NCBI GenBank assembly: GCA_029212505.1
Contig: JARGOS010000007.1
Coordinates: forward strand, 3,107-67,106
Origin: Legionellaceae bacterium
GTDB taxonomy: Bacteria; Pseudomonadota; Gammaproteobacteria; Legionellales; Legionellaceae
DNA length: 64,000 nucleotides
Direction: 5' to 3'
In this document: positions 1-8,834 of the stretch, in pieces
How the letters are laid out: the number at the start of each line of letters is the position of its first letter
Position numbering within the stretch: position 1 is the stretch's first letter
Notes under the pieces: model-generated
Seen by the model: only the letters and a program-made list of their open reading frames with translations
The model's database searches: none
Told to the model about the DNA's origin: nothing
Translations under genes and position numbers: made by a program

Positions 1-511
1 CACGAACATCTTTCGACGTAACACCTAAGTCTTTGGCGACCGCTTCCACTTCTTCGGGACTACACCACCCAAGGCGTTGCTTCATCTGACGAAGATTAAA
101 AAATAATTTACGCTGGGCCTTGGTCGTCGCAACTTTAACAATACGCCAGTTGCGTAAAACAAATTCATGAATTTCCGCTTTAATCCAATGCACCGCAAAC
201 GATACTAAACGCACACCCAAGGTCGGATCAAAACGTTTTACCGCTTTCATTAAGCCAACATTACCCTCTTGAATTAAATCATTGAGGGGTAAACCATAGC
301 CTAAATAACCGCGTGCGACACGCACCACATAACGCAAATGAGCAAGCACCAAACGACGTGCACCTTCGATATCATCTTCATCCTGAAAACGTCGCGCACA
401 ATCCAACTCTTCTTCTGAAGAGAGCATCGGTATCTGATTCGCCTGATGAATATAGGCGTCTAAACTTCCCACAGGAAGATGTGTGGAGCCAAGCTGTAAT
501 GGAAAATTCAT
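1..511 (-). CDS. rpoH: RNA polymerase sigma-32 (heat shock sigma factor) RpoH, N-terminal part; the 3' end runs off the window start
   Basis: This open-ended reverse ORF is absent from the ORF track. My translation from the ATG at 511-509 reads [96 protein letters not shown]...[15 protein letters not shown]. That is sigma-70 region 2 plus the RpoH box. It lies downstream of ftsYEX, as in E. coli. Confidence 0.9.
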   Translation of the reverse strand, partial: MNFPLQLGSTHLPVGSLDAYIHQANQIPMLSSEEELDCARRFQDEDDIEGARRLVLAHLRYVVRVARGYLGYGLPLNDLIQEGNVGLMKAVKRFDPTLGVRLVSFAVHWIKAEIHEFVLRNWRIVKVATTKAQRKLFFNLRQMKQRLGWCSPEEVEAVAKDLGVTSKDVR

Positions 512-571
512 ACGGGTCCTCCAAAGCTAAACTACAGTAAATCATCATTTCTGGCCGTATTATACTCTAAA

Positions 572-1501
572 TCAGTGGCAAGGCTCAATACGTGCTAATT
601 GTCGTTTGAGCGGCAGATATGCTCCTAACCATCCTAAGATTAATCCAAACCCAGCAAACTTTATCGCATCAATTAACGAAAGCTTAACCACCAAAGGCAC
701 CCCAAAGCCTGCTGAGATTAACCCATGAAGCGCATACGACAAACCATAGAGCACGGCATGCACGCCTAAAAAAGCGAGCAAAGCACCGGCAGCCCCTAAA
801 CACATGCCCGTGTATAAAAAAGGCCTGATAATAAAACTGTCCGTTGCTCCAATTAATTTTAACACTTCGATTTCTTCATGATGCTCTTGCGCTGCAAGTC
901 GTAAAAGATTTCGAATAATAAACACCACCATCAAGCCAAACAAGCCGCCTAAAATCCATGTCAAATACGTCATAAATCCAAGCAAGGCATACAGACGCGT
1001 TGACCAATCCCGATTCAATTTTGCCTGCTCAACATGAGGATAATGTTTAAGTTTTTCAAACAAACTATCTAATTTTTCGGGCGTATCAAGCGTGCTCGCT
1101 GGCATCACGTTAATCACGGACGGTAAGGGGTTATTCGGTAAATAACGCCGTATATCTTGCATGCCTTCTTGCTGTTCGAGCTCTTTCAGGCTCGCCTCAG
1201 CACTCACAAACGTTGCATGCCCAACACCCTCCGTTTCTCGCACACGCACCAACAACGCCGTCTCATTGGCGGAGCTCAGTGGCGAATCAAGGTATAAAGC
1301 AATTTCGTTGCCTTCACGCCACTCATTGGTGAGCGGTTTTAAATGCCCCATCAAAAGCCAAAATAACACCGGCAAAATTAAAGTTACGGCCAAAACAATC
1401 ACCGTGACAGCCGTTGCCCAAGGCGTTGAACGCAGGGTCTTTGCGCTATTCTTTATGGCCTGAAGATGCCGCTTCACCCATTGACGTCCACGCATTAACA
1501 C
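572..1501 (-). CDS. ftsX: Cell division ABC transporter permease FtsX
   Basis: 309 aa with four TM segments and a large periplasmic loop. It directly follows ftsE. The GTG at 1501 sits 7 nt after AAGGAGG; an alternative ATG at 1495 overlaps the ftsE stop (TAATG). Confidence 0.85.
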   Translation of the reverse strand: MLMRGRQWVKRHLQAIKNSAKTLRSTPWATAVTVIVLAVTLILPVLFWLLMGHLKPLTNEWREGNEIALYLDSPLSSANETALLVRVRETEGVGHATFVSAEASLKELEQQEGMQDIRRYLPNNPLPSVINVMPASTLDTPEKLDSLFEKLKHYPHVEQAKLNRDWSTRLYALLGFMTYLTWILGGLFGLMVVFIIRNLLRLAAQEHHEEIEVLKLIGATDSFIIRPFLYTGMCLGAAGALLAFLGVHAVLYGLSYALHGLISAGFGVPLVVKLSLIDAIKFAGFGLILGWLGAYLPLKRQLARIEPCH

Positions 1502-2145
1502 AAGCGCCCCTCCTTAAGCCAAAGCACGCGATGCTGCATGCCGGCAATAAGCGAAAGCTCATGCGTTGCTATTAATACCCCGACACCCGCCTGATTGAAC
1601 TGCTCAAATAACTCAATAATATCGCCGGATAATCCAGGATCCAAATTGCCCGTAGGCTCATCTGCTAACAACCAATCGGGCTTATGAACAATCGCGCGCG
1701 CAATTCCTACGCGCTGCTGTTCACCGCCAGAAAGATGAAGCGGCACCATGTTTTCTTTTGATAAAAGCCCGACGCGATCGAGCGCAGCATGCACACGCTT
1801 AGCAAGTTGTGCTCCCGCAATACCCTGAATATACAAAGGCAAAGCGACGTTTTCAAACACCGTGCGATTTTGTAATAAATGAGGGGATTGAAACGTCACA
1901 CCAATGCGCGAGCGATGTGCCGCGATATCATTTTTTTTAAACTTAGAAAGCGATGCGCCGTTGATTAAAATATCACCGCCCGAAGGGCGTTCAAGCAACG
2001 CAATCAGTTTTAGCAACGTGCTTTTTCCCGCACCTGAACAGCCGGTCAAAAACGCCATTTCACCTTTTGCCAAGGTAAAATTAACGTATTCTAATGCCTG
2101 ATAACCACCAGGATAACGCTTACTTACTTGCCTGAATTGAATCAT
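1495..2145 (-). CDS. ftsE: Cell division ATP-binding protein FtsE
   Basis: MIQFRQVSKRYPGG... with Walker A GCSGAGKST, ABC signature LSGGEQQR and Walker B LLADEPTG. I moved the start to M22 of the track ORF (ATG at 2145) because the upstream extension overlaps the ftsY 3' end. Confidence 0.9.
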   Translation of the reverse strand: MIQFRQVSKRYPGGYQALEYVNFTLAKGEMAFLTGCSGAGKSTLLKLIALLERPSGGDILINGASLSKFKKNDIAAHRSRIGVTFQSPHLLQNRTVFENVALPLYIQGIAGAQLAKRVHAALDRVGLLSKENMVPLHLSGGEQQRVGIARAIVHKPDWLLADEPTGNLDPGLSGDIIELFEQFNQAGVGVLIATHELSLIAGMQHRVLWLKEGRLC

Positions 2146-3127
2146 CGTTAAAAATAGCCCGCACAAAGTCTTCTGGCTCGAACAGACGCAAGTCATCCAC
2201 CCCTTCACCTACACCAATGTAGCGAAAAGGGATCCCTAATTCATGAGCAATAGCAAATAAAATACCACCTTTCGCCGTACCATCCAACTTCGTCATTGTA
2301 ATACCGGTTAATCCTAGCGCTTCGTGAAACTTAGCGGCCTGACTTAAAGCATTCTGACCAATGCCCGCGTCTAAGACCAGCATGGTTTCATGCGGCGCAT
2401 CGGGATCTATTTTTTGCAGCACGCGTTTTATTTTTTTCAACTCATCCATCAAATGACGTTGTGTTTGCAAACGTCCGGCTGTATCGGCAATCAGCACATC
2501 GATGCCCCGCGCTTTAGCCGCTTGAAACGCATCAAAAATCACCGAGGCACTGTCCGCCCCCGTATGCTGTGCAATCACAGGAATATCGCTACGCGCACCC
2601 CAGGCTTGCAACTGCTCGACAGCGGCTGCGCGAAAGGTATCACCGGCGGCAATCATCACACGCTTACCCATCTGCTGATATTGACGTGCAAGCTTGCCAA
2701 TGGTCGTGGTTTTTCCTGCCCCGTTAATACCCACCATCAAAATAACAAACGGCGAGGTTTCGGCCATATTATCGACAAGCTTTGGGGAATCAGAAGACAA
2801 GAGCCCTACCATCTGTGCTTGAAGCGCATCAAGCACCGCATCACCCTGTTCTAATTGCTTACGTTCCAAGCCGTCGGTGAGCTCAGCTAATAAGGTTTGC
2901 GTGGTTTTAACACCCACATCGGCGGCAACCAACACCTGTTCGAGCTCTTCGAGTAGCTCCGCATCAATTTCTTTTTTCCCGAGCAACAAACGTCCAAGCG
3001 CTCCACCTAAGCCCGCGCGTGTCTTGCCAAGACCTTGTTGAAAACGCGTCCAAACCCCTTGTTTTTCAAGTTTTTCAGGAGGCTGCTCTGCCGTTTCGGC
3101 TTGATTTCGCTTAAACCACTTCTTCAT
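2120..3127 (-). CDS. ftsY: Signal recognition particle receptor FtsY
   Basis: NG domain motifs GINGAGKTTT, DTAGR and TKLDGTAKGG. The start is set at MKKWFKRNQ (ATG at 3127); the longer track ORF would run into the divergent M16 gene. Confidence 0.9.
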   Translation of the reverse strand: MKKWFKRNQAETAEQPPEKLEKQGVWTRFQQGLGKTRAGLGGALGRLLLGKKEIDAELLEELEQVLVAADVGVKTTQTLLAELTDGLERKQLEQGDAVLDALQAQMVGLLSSDSPKLVDNMAETSPFVILMVGINGAGKTTTIGKLARQYQQMGKRVMIAAGDTFRAAAVEQLQAWGARSDIPVIAQHTGADSASVIFDAFQAAKARGIDVLIADTAGRLQTQRHLMDELKKIKRVLQKIDPDAPHETMLVLDAGIGQNALSQAAKFHEALGLTGITMTKLDGTAKGGILFAIAHELGIPFRYIGVGEGVDDLRLFEPEDFVRAIFNDDSIQASK

Positions 3128-3184
3128 ACGGTATACAAATCCAGTAAAATGTGAAATTCTATCATTTTTATCTTGAGGTGAGCC

Positions 3185-4534
3185 ATGCACACCCGTTTTA
3201 TTCTGCTCTTCATCTTTATCTCGCACGTAGCCTTTGGCCAAGTGCAATCGTATACCCTCGATAACGGACTCAAAGTCTTGGTCAAAGAGGACCATCGAGC
3301 CCCCGTTGCCGTCACCATGATATGGTACAACGTGGGTTCTGCCGATGAACCTGGCGGCCTCACCGGTATTTCACATGCGCTCGAACATATTATGTTTAAA
3401 GGCACGGCCAAGTACCCACTGGGCGTTTTTTCAAAAACCATCGCAGGCCTGGGCGGGCAAGAAAATGCATTCACCAGCACAGACTATACGGCTTATTTTG
3501 AAAAAATAGCGGCCGAGCACCTGCCCACAAGCTTAGCCTTGGAAGCGGATCGTATGCAACATCTTCTGCTCGATGAAACCGAATTTAATAAAGAAATCAA
3601 AGTCATTCAAGAAGAGCGACGTATGCGCACCGATGATAATCCTCAAGCGCTCACGTTTGAACGTTATCTTGCTGCAGCCCATCTCATATCACCGTACCAC
3701 CATCCTGTGATTGGCTGGATGGATGATATTAAACACCTCCGTATTACCGATCTTAAATCCTGGTATCAGCGCTTTTACGCCCCCAACAATGCAACGCTTG
3801 TTGTCGTCGGCGATGTCGATCCGGCACATGTACATGCGCTAGCAAAGCAGCACTTTGGAGCCATACCTAAAAGCGACATGATTAAACGCAAACCTCAAGT
3901 CGAACCTCCAGAGCTCGGGAAAAAAAATATCACGGTCAAAGCGCCGGCTCAAATTCCTATGCTGATGCAAGGATACATCGTGCCTACGGTCAAATCAGCA
4001 GATAACGCGCACGCAAAAGATCCCTATATTCTCGAGGTCATTGCAGGCCTGCTTGACGCCGGTGACAGCAGCCGTTTTAGCAAAAATCTCATTCGAGGAG
4101 CCGAGCGCGCCAGCAGTGTGGGTGCCGATTATAATCTCTATGCCCGTTACCCGACACTCTTTACGGTCTATGGCACACCCAGCAGCCAACATACCCTCGA
4201 TAATTTAAGCCAAGATCTTAAAAACGAACTTGAGCATTTAAAAACAACACGTGTTACCGATGCCGAGCTTAAGCGCATTCAAACACAGCTCATTGCACAA
4301 AAAACGTTTGAACGAGACTCAGGCTTTGGACAAGCCATGGAACTTGGCTTGCTCGAAACCGTCGGTTTAGGCTGGAAGACGACTGAGCTTTACGAACAAC
4401 ACATCCGTGCGGTGACACCCGCCGACATTCAGGCCGTTGCTCACCGTTATTTTGATGAAGACCGCCTGACCGAGGCGCGCCTTATACCGCAACCAGCACC
4501 ACAACCAGCATCGCAACCAGGAGCCTCCCAATGA
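3185..4534 (+). CDS. M16 family zinc metallopeptidase (pitrilysin/insulinase-like), predicted active subunit, exported
   Basis: 449 aa with an N-terminal signal-like segment and the inverted zinc motif HxxEH (ISHALEHIMFKG). It is paired with a second M16 gene through an ATGA overlap. Confidence 0.8.
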   Translation: MHTRFILLFIFISHVAFGQVQSYTLDNGLKVLVKEDHRAPVAVTMIWYNVGSADEPGGLTGISHALEHIMFKGTAKYPLGVFSKTIAGLGGQENAFTSTDYTAYFEKIAAEHLPTSLALEADRMQHLLLDETEFNKEIKVIQEERRMRTDDNPQALTFERYLAAAHLISPYHHPVIGWMDDIKHLRITDLKSWYQRFYAPNNATLVVVGDVDPAHVHALAKQHFGAIPKSDMIKRKPQVEPPELGKKNITVKAPAQIPMLMQGYIVPTVKSADNAHAKDPYILEVIAGLLDAGDSSRFSKNLIRGAERASSVGADYNLYARYPTLFTVYGTPSSQHTLDNLSQDLKNELEHLKTTRVTDAELKRIQTQLIAQKTFERDSGFGQAMELGLLETVGLGWKTTELYEQHIRAVTPADIQAVAHRYFDEDRLTEARLIPQPAPQPASQPGASQ

Positions 4535-5838
4535 AAATCCTGTTGACCCTCATCAGCTTAGGACTTGCGGCTTGCACCACAGCCCATGCAACAACCAAAC
4601 CGTTACACATTGAGCGCTGGCAAACGAGCCAAGGCACACCCGTGGTTTTTTACCAAGCGATGGAAATCCCGATGCTCGATATTAACCTTGCTTTTCGTGC
4701 AGGCACCGCCTATGACGGCCCTCGTTTTGGGCTGAGCACGCTCACTGCACGCTTGATGAACCAAGGTAACGACGGACTGGATGCAACCACGCTGGCGACC
4801 CGGCTTGAAGACACCGGAGCGCAATACAGCCATGAAAATAACCGCGACATGGTGCTCTTGCATTTGCGTACGCTCACATCACCCGAGTTATTAAAACAAT
4901 CGGTGGATACGTTTTCATCGATGGCCTCACACCCAGACTTTCCTGAAAAAGCGTTTGAGCGTGAAAAAAATCAACAACGCATGGCCATCCGGCATGCTTT
5001 AGAGTCACCCGAAAACATCGCGAACCAGACTTTTTTTAAGGCACTGTATCAAAACCACCCCTACGCGCACCCCGTCAACGGTGAGTTAGAAACCCTCGAC
5101 GCCATCACCGTCGAAGATGTACGGCGTTTTCACCGCACGCATTTTGTTAGCCAAAATGCCACGATCGTGCTCGTAGGCGCGCTCGATACAGCCAAGGCCA
5201 AGCAACTTGCAGAGCAACTCACCCAAGCATTACCCAAAGGCAAAGCGGCGCCTCCTATCAAACCAACCAAAGCCCTGAGCGAAGCGATGGATATCAGCGT
5301 ACCGTTCCCGTCGTCCCAAACCGTGTTACGTTTAGGGCAGCTAGGTATCACGCATCATGATTCACATTATTTTCCTTTGATGGTTGGAAATTACACGCTA
5401 GGGGGCGGAAGTTTGGTGTCACGCCTCGCCGAAGAATTACGTGAAAAACGTGGCTTAACCTATGGCGTAAGCAGTCAATTCTTACCACTGCCTGAACGCG
5501 GGCCGTTTATTATTGGACTTGCTACCCAAGGCCCTCAAGCAAAAACAGCCGAAACACTCACACGTGAAACGCTCTCGCAATTTATCAATACAGGCCCGAG
5601 TGATGAAGAGCTCAAAGCCGCTCAAGAGTACCTTGTGGGAAGTTTTCCTTTGTCGCTTGCAACCAATCAAAACATGGCAAGCTTATTGCTTAAAATGACG
5701 TTTTATCACTTGCCCGATGATTATTTAGATACCTACACAAGTAAAATTCGTGCAGTTAATATTGAACAAATTAAAACGGCTTTTCAAAAAAAGATTCAAC
5801 CGAAGCGTTTATTGCAGGTGATGGTTGGCAAAGTATGA
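4531..5838 (+). CDS. M16 family peptidase paralog lacking the HxxEH motif (probably a non-catalytic partner)
   Basis: 435 aa with a lipoprotein-like N-terminus (LGLAAC). It has M16 domain-like length and layout, but no HxxEH is visible. ATGA start/stop overlaps occur with both neighbours. Confidence 0.7.
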   Translation: MKILLTLISLGLAACTTAHATTKPLHIERWQTSQGTPVVFYQAMEIPMLDINLAFRAGTAYDGPRFGLSTLTARLMNQGNDGLDATTLATRLEDTGAQYSHENNRDMVLLHLRTLTSPELLKQSVDTFSSMASHPDFPEKAFEREKNQQRMAIRHALESPENIANQTFFKALYQNHPYAHPVNGELETLDAITVEDVRRFHRTHFVSQNATIVLVGALDTAKAKQLAEQLTQALPKGKAAPPIKPTKALSEAMDISVPFPSSQTVLRLGQLGITHHDSHYFPLMVGNYTLGGGSLVSRLAEELREKRGLTYGVSSQFLPLPERGPFIIGLATQGPQAKTAETLTRETLSQFINTGPSDEELKAAQEYLVGSFPLSLATNQNMASLLLKMTFYHLPDDYLDTYTSKIRAVNIEQIKTAFQKKIQPKRLLQVMVGKV

Positions 5839-6431
5839 AGCAAGAAGTTCGTATCATCGGGGGGCATCATCGCGGAAAAAAAATTACGTTCCCCGATGCG
5901 CTCGGCCTTCGCCCCACACCGAGCCGCATTCGTGAAACGTTGTTTAACTGGCTGATGCACACGGTTCGTGGCGCCCGCTGCCTTGACGCGTTTGCTGGCA
6001 GCGGTGCGCTTGGCTTTGAAGCCTGGTCACGCGGCGCATCCAGTGTGACGTTGCTCGAACAATCGCGCACCACCTCTCAGCATTTAAAAAAACAAGCGAT
6101 GGCGTTTGATGCCAACATACTCCAGGTGATTCACACCGATGCCATCAGCTACTTAAAAAACCAAGCACCAAACTCAAGCTTTGACCTTGTATTTCTTGAT
6201 CCGCCGTTTGGCAAGCCTCAATTATTACTTGATAGCATCACCTGTCTTGAGCAATCATCAGCACTTCGCCTTGGCGGCTTGCTTTATACCGAATCATCCG
6301 AAGCGCTGACGCTGAACCCCGCCCTGTGGGAAACACTTAAATTCAAAAAAGCCGGCACCGTAATTTACGGCCTTCATCAAAAACGCGAGAACAACACATG
6401 CGCATCAACCTCATCGGACCCGGTCGCCTAG
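5835..6431 (+). CDS. rsmD: 16S rRNA (guanine966-N2)-methyltransferase RsmD
   Basis: 198 aa with the SAM-binding DAFAGSGALGFEA segment and the DPPF motif (VFLDPPFGK). It lies near divergent ftsY, as in E. coli. Confidence 0.8.
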   Translation: MKQEVRIIGGHHRGKKITFPDALGLRPTPSRIRETLFNWLMHTVRGARCLDAFAGSGALGFEAWSRGASSVTLLEQSRTTSQHLKKQAMAFDANILQVIHTDAISYLKNQAPNSSFDLVFLDPPFGKPQLLLDSITCLEQSSALRLGGLLYTESSEALTLNPALWETLKFKKAGTVIYGLHQKRENNTCASTSSDPVA

Positions 6432-7264
6432 GCAAAGCCTTAGCTGCATCGCTGATATCGATCAACGAACATGAGCTACTCGGCGTGTATCACCCGAATA
6501 TGACACGCGCACAACAAGCCGTAGATATACTGGGTCAAGGCCTTGCTGTCGATCACTTAAGTGCACTACCCCACGCTGATATAACGCTTATCACATGCCC
6601 GGATGATGAGATGCCGGCACTGATTCATAAACTCGCTGCAGCCGCTGTGATTACACCTAATAGCACCGTCATGCATCTAAGCGGCATCTTAAGTTCAGAT
6701 ATTCTGATCCCGCTGAAACAGCAGAAAGCACATATTGCAAGCCTGCACCCCCTCAAAGCTTTTCGAGAAGCCAGCACACCCGATACAAACGCATTCCAAG
6801 ATGTGCATTGCGCCATCGAAGGCGATGATAAAGTGATACATATCTTAACGCCGCTATGGCAAGCGATGGGTGCTCATATTTTTAGCTTAAATTCTGAAAA
6901 AAAAGCCACGTACCATGCCGCCGCAGTCATGGCCTCAAATTATCTCGTTACGTTGGCTTCTGAGGCTAATAAATTATTTGAAATCTCCGGCGTGCCTCCA
7001 AAAAACGCTCAGGAAATTTGCTTACAGCTTATGGAAACAAGCTTAGATAATTTGAAACAAACCGACACGCCCAAGCAAGCACTCACCGGCCCGTTGGTTA
7101 GAGGGGACACACAAACTATTCAAAAACATCTTGATGCGATTCAATCAAAACAAGCAAAAAATCTTTATTGCGCAGCTGGGCTTGCGACCTTGCCACTGGT
7201 TGATTTAGATGATGAGAGCCTTAAGGCTCTCAAAAAAATACTTCAGCAAATTATTCGGGATTAA
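6398..7264 (+). CDS. Rossmann-fold oxidoreductase-like protein with a DUF2520-type C-terminal domain
   Basis: The N-terminus MRINLIGPGRLGKALA is a GxGxxG dinucleotide fold. The C-terminal part carries YHAAAVMASNYL and ALTGPLVRGD blocks typical of the DUF2520 family as I remember it. It overlaps the rsmD tail by 34 nt. Confidence 0.6.
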   Translation: MRINLIGPGRLGKALAASLISINEHELLGVYHPNMTRAQQAVDILGQGLAVDHLSALPHADITLITCPDDEMPALIHKLAAAAVITPNSTVMHLSGILSSDILIPLKQQKAHIASLHPLKAFREASTPDTNAFQDVHCAIEGDDKVIHILTPLWQAMGAHIFSLNSEKKATYHAAAVMASNYLVTLASEANKLFEISGVPPKNAQEICLQLMETSLDNLKQTDTPKQALTGPLVRGDTQTIQKHLDAIQSKQAKNLYCAAGLATLPLVDLDDESLKALKKILQQIIRD

Positions 7265-7472
7265 ACTCTAAAATATCACCCGGCTGACAATTTAAATGCT
7301 CACAAATGCTGGTCAATGTAGAAAAACGAATGGCTTTGGCTTTACCCGTTTTTAAAACAGATAAGTTCTGTGGTGTGATCTGTATTTTATCGGCTAGATC
7401 TTGCAACTTCATTTTTCTTTTGGCGAGCATCACGTCAAGATTAATAATAATGGGCATGGTATATAAACTCAC
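7251..7472 (-). CDS. Small XRE/YozG-type helix-turn-helix transcriptional regulator
   Basis: INLDVMLAKRKMKLQDLADKIQITPQNLSVLKTGKAKAIRFSTLTSICEHLNCQPGDILEF matches the YozG-like HTH signature. An alternative start is the ATG at 7457 (MPIIINL). The gene abuts the stop of the upstream membrane protein gene. Confidence 0.8.
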   Translation of the reverse strand: MSLYTMPIIINLDVMLAKRKMKLQDLADKIQITPQNLSVLKTGKAKAIRFSTLTSICEHLNCQPGDILEFNPE

Positions 7473-8057
7473 TTAAACCGTTAATTGATTTTCTTCAGCT
7501 AAACGACTACCTTCGAGCATAACCTGAGAAATCACAAGCACAAGGATCGCAATCAACGCTTCAGTCAAACTAAAACCAACGCCAGATAAATTCTCGCGAT
7601 GATAAACTCCTGCAGCTATCGCTGAAAAAAAGCAGCTAAGCGACTTTGCGCCAAAATTATCAATCAACAATAATGCACCTATCCATCGATAATATTCAGC
7701 ATTTTTCACAACAAATATATTGTTTTGTTTATAATTTTTAAAAATTAATCTTAATAAAAATAATACTATCAGCATGGGTGTTAATTGGATTATTTTCGAC
7801 AACAGTATCATAGCTTTAGATGTAAGTGTCCATGTGATATTTGCTGGATTGATCATCCCCCCTGATGTAAATATTTCTAACGGTTGATGCCCAGCAGAAA
7901 CCAATAGGTTTGAAATCATCGAGAAAAAAGATGTACCTGCCAAGCTCCATAAACTTAAATAAATAACAGGTATGACTACAAGTAAAATATTTAAAATAAT
8001 AACCATACGACGACTCATAGCAGGAACGGAATCTAGTTGCGTGACCATTTTGAACAA
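7473..8057 (-). CDS. Polytopic membrane protein, DUF2975-like
   Basis: 194 aa with at least four hydrophobic helices and AT-rich coding sequence. Its position directly upstream of a YozG-type HTH gene is the arrangement I recall for DUF2975 proteins. The family call rests on memory and context only. Confidence 0.55.
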   Translation of the reverse strand: MFKMVTQLDSVPAMSRRMVIILNILLVVIPVIYLSLWSLAGTSFFSMISNLLVSAGHQPLEIFTSGGMINPANITWTLTSKAMILLSKIIQLTPMLIVLFLLRLIFKNYKQNNIFVVKNAEYYRWIGALLLIDNFGAKSLSCFFSAIAAGVYHRENLSGVGFSLTEALIAILVLVISQVMLEGSRLAEENQLTV

Positions 8058-8113
8058 CCTCTCTTAAGAATAAATTAAAAATTAAACACAAGCATACTCT
8101 ACAAAATCAATTT

Positions 8114-8156
8114 CAACAATACTTTTTTACCGAAAAACAATAACAAAGTATTGTTG
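8114..8156. promoter_or_regulatory. Perfect 12-bp inverted repeat (CAACAATACTTT-N19-AAAGTATTGTTG) in a divergent promoter region; candidate operator
   Basis: The arms are at 8114-8125 and 8145-8156. The repeat lies between the DUF2975/HTH operon start (8057) and the small membrane protein operon start (8236). Confidence 0.5.
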
Positions 8157-8235
8157 AACTCATAATTAAAACTCGTAAAGCATTAAAACCTATGCTATAT
8201 ATTCAAAATAATTAAAATACAAAAAAAGAGGTGAT

Positions 8236-8424
8236 ATGCGTCAAAAAATAAGACTTCCTGCTGCCATTCTGGGTTTTGTATTATTTTTTTATTTAATACT
8301 TTGTTTTATCGGTCTCGTAACGCCTTTTGAGATTAAACCTTTAGGCATGTATCTGCTACACTTTATTGGACAGTGCGCAATGATTTGTTTTTTAATTGCG
8401 GCCTGGGGTTATTGGGAGATATAA
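8236..8424 (+). CDS. Small membrane protein (62 aa, 2 TM), hypothetical
   Basis: There is an SD-like AAGAGGTG just upstream and two clear hydrophobic helices. No family was recognised. Confidence 0.5.
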   Translation: MRQKIRLPAAILGFVLFFYLILCFIGLVTPFEIKPLGMYLLHFIGQCAMICFLIAAWGYWEI

Positions 8425-8475
8425 CCTAAATTTATTTAACACTGTAACTCTAGTATTCATATAAAAGGACCTCAT

Positions 8476-8670
8476 ATGATTAAAGCTTCCGATGTTTTTA
8501 TACTGCTCGCCATCACCGTAGCCTTTACCGTCTCGGCTTATTTATGGTTTTCGGGTCATCTGCAAGAAGGTATTTTTACGGCCATCTGGGTTCCAAGCAT
8601 TCTTGGATTTGGAATTTATTTTAAATTACTGAGCTTTATTGCATTGTATAAAAAAAGGAAAGAGGCATGA
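8476..8670 (+). CDS. Small membrane protein (64 aa, 2 TM), hypothetical
   Basis: AAGGA lies 6 nt upstream of the ATG. The protein has two hydrophobic helices and a basic C-terminus (KKRKEA). Its stop overlaps the next start (ATGA). Confidence 0.55.
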   Translation: MIKASDVFILLAITVAFTVSAYLWFSGHLQEGIFTAIWVPSILGFGIYFKLLSFIALYKKRKEA

Positions 8671-8834
8671 ATATACTTGGTATCGTGAAAGCAATTGCCC
8701 CTGATTTTGTGCTTCAAGTCGCTATCTTTACCTTTGTGCTTTTAGTCATCGGAATCGGCCTAACCTGTTATGAATTCCATAAAGACGCCAAGCACTTTGA
8801 AAAAATGAAACGTAGCCGACGCAAAAAGTCATGA
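8667..8834 (+). CDS. Small membrane protein (55 aa, 1 TM plus basic tail), hypothetical; below the ORF-track cutoff
   Basis: My translation is MNILGIVKAIAPDFVLQVAIFTFVLLVIGIGLTCYEFHKDAKHFEKMKRSRRKKS. There are ATGA overlaps at both ends (8667-8670 and 8831-8834), and GGAAAGAGG lies upstream. Confidence 0.5.
   Translation: MNILGIVKAIAPDFVLQVAIFTFVLLVIGIGLTCYEFHKDAKHFEKMKRSRRKKS

Noticed and set aside
2146-2208. N-terminal extensions of track ORFs: ftsE to 2208, ftsY to 3295, grxD to 38914, sodB from 38935, coq7 to 53005, dcd from 34364, abiEi from 56725, and the orphan to 42292.
   Set aside because: The extensions overlap neighbouring genes or divergent promoters and lack similarity to the family N-termini. 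Internal starts have better SD spacing and reproduce the conserved N-termini.
2390-2854. 154-aa plus-strand ORF inside ftsY. Similar antisense ORFs occur at 1161-1463, 1904-2101, 16180-16434, 16435-16674, 17151-17393, 18902-19123, 20353-20538, 43505-43741, 43889-44128, 44345-44624 and 51754-52092.
   Set aside because: All lie fully inside, and antisense to, strongly supported conserved genes (ftsX/E/Y, gyrB, recF, dnaN, dnaA, rnr, PiT). Their translations are low-complexity or Arg/Cys-rich with no motifs. These are typical shadow ORFs.
3124-3480. 118-aa minus-strand ORF spanning the ftsY/M16 divergent region.
   Set aside because: It overlaps the well-supported M16 peptidase start on the opposite strand and has no motifs. 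It would eliminate the divergent promoter region.
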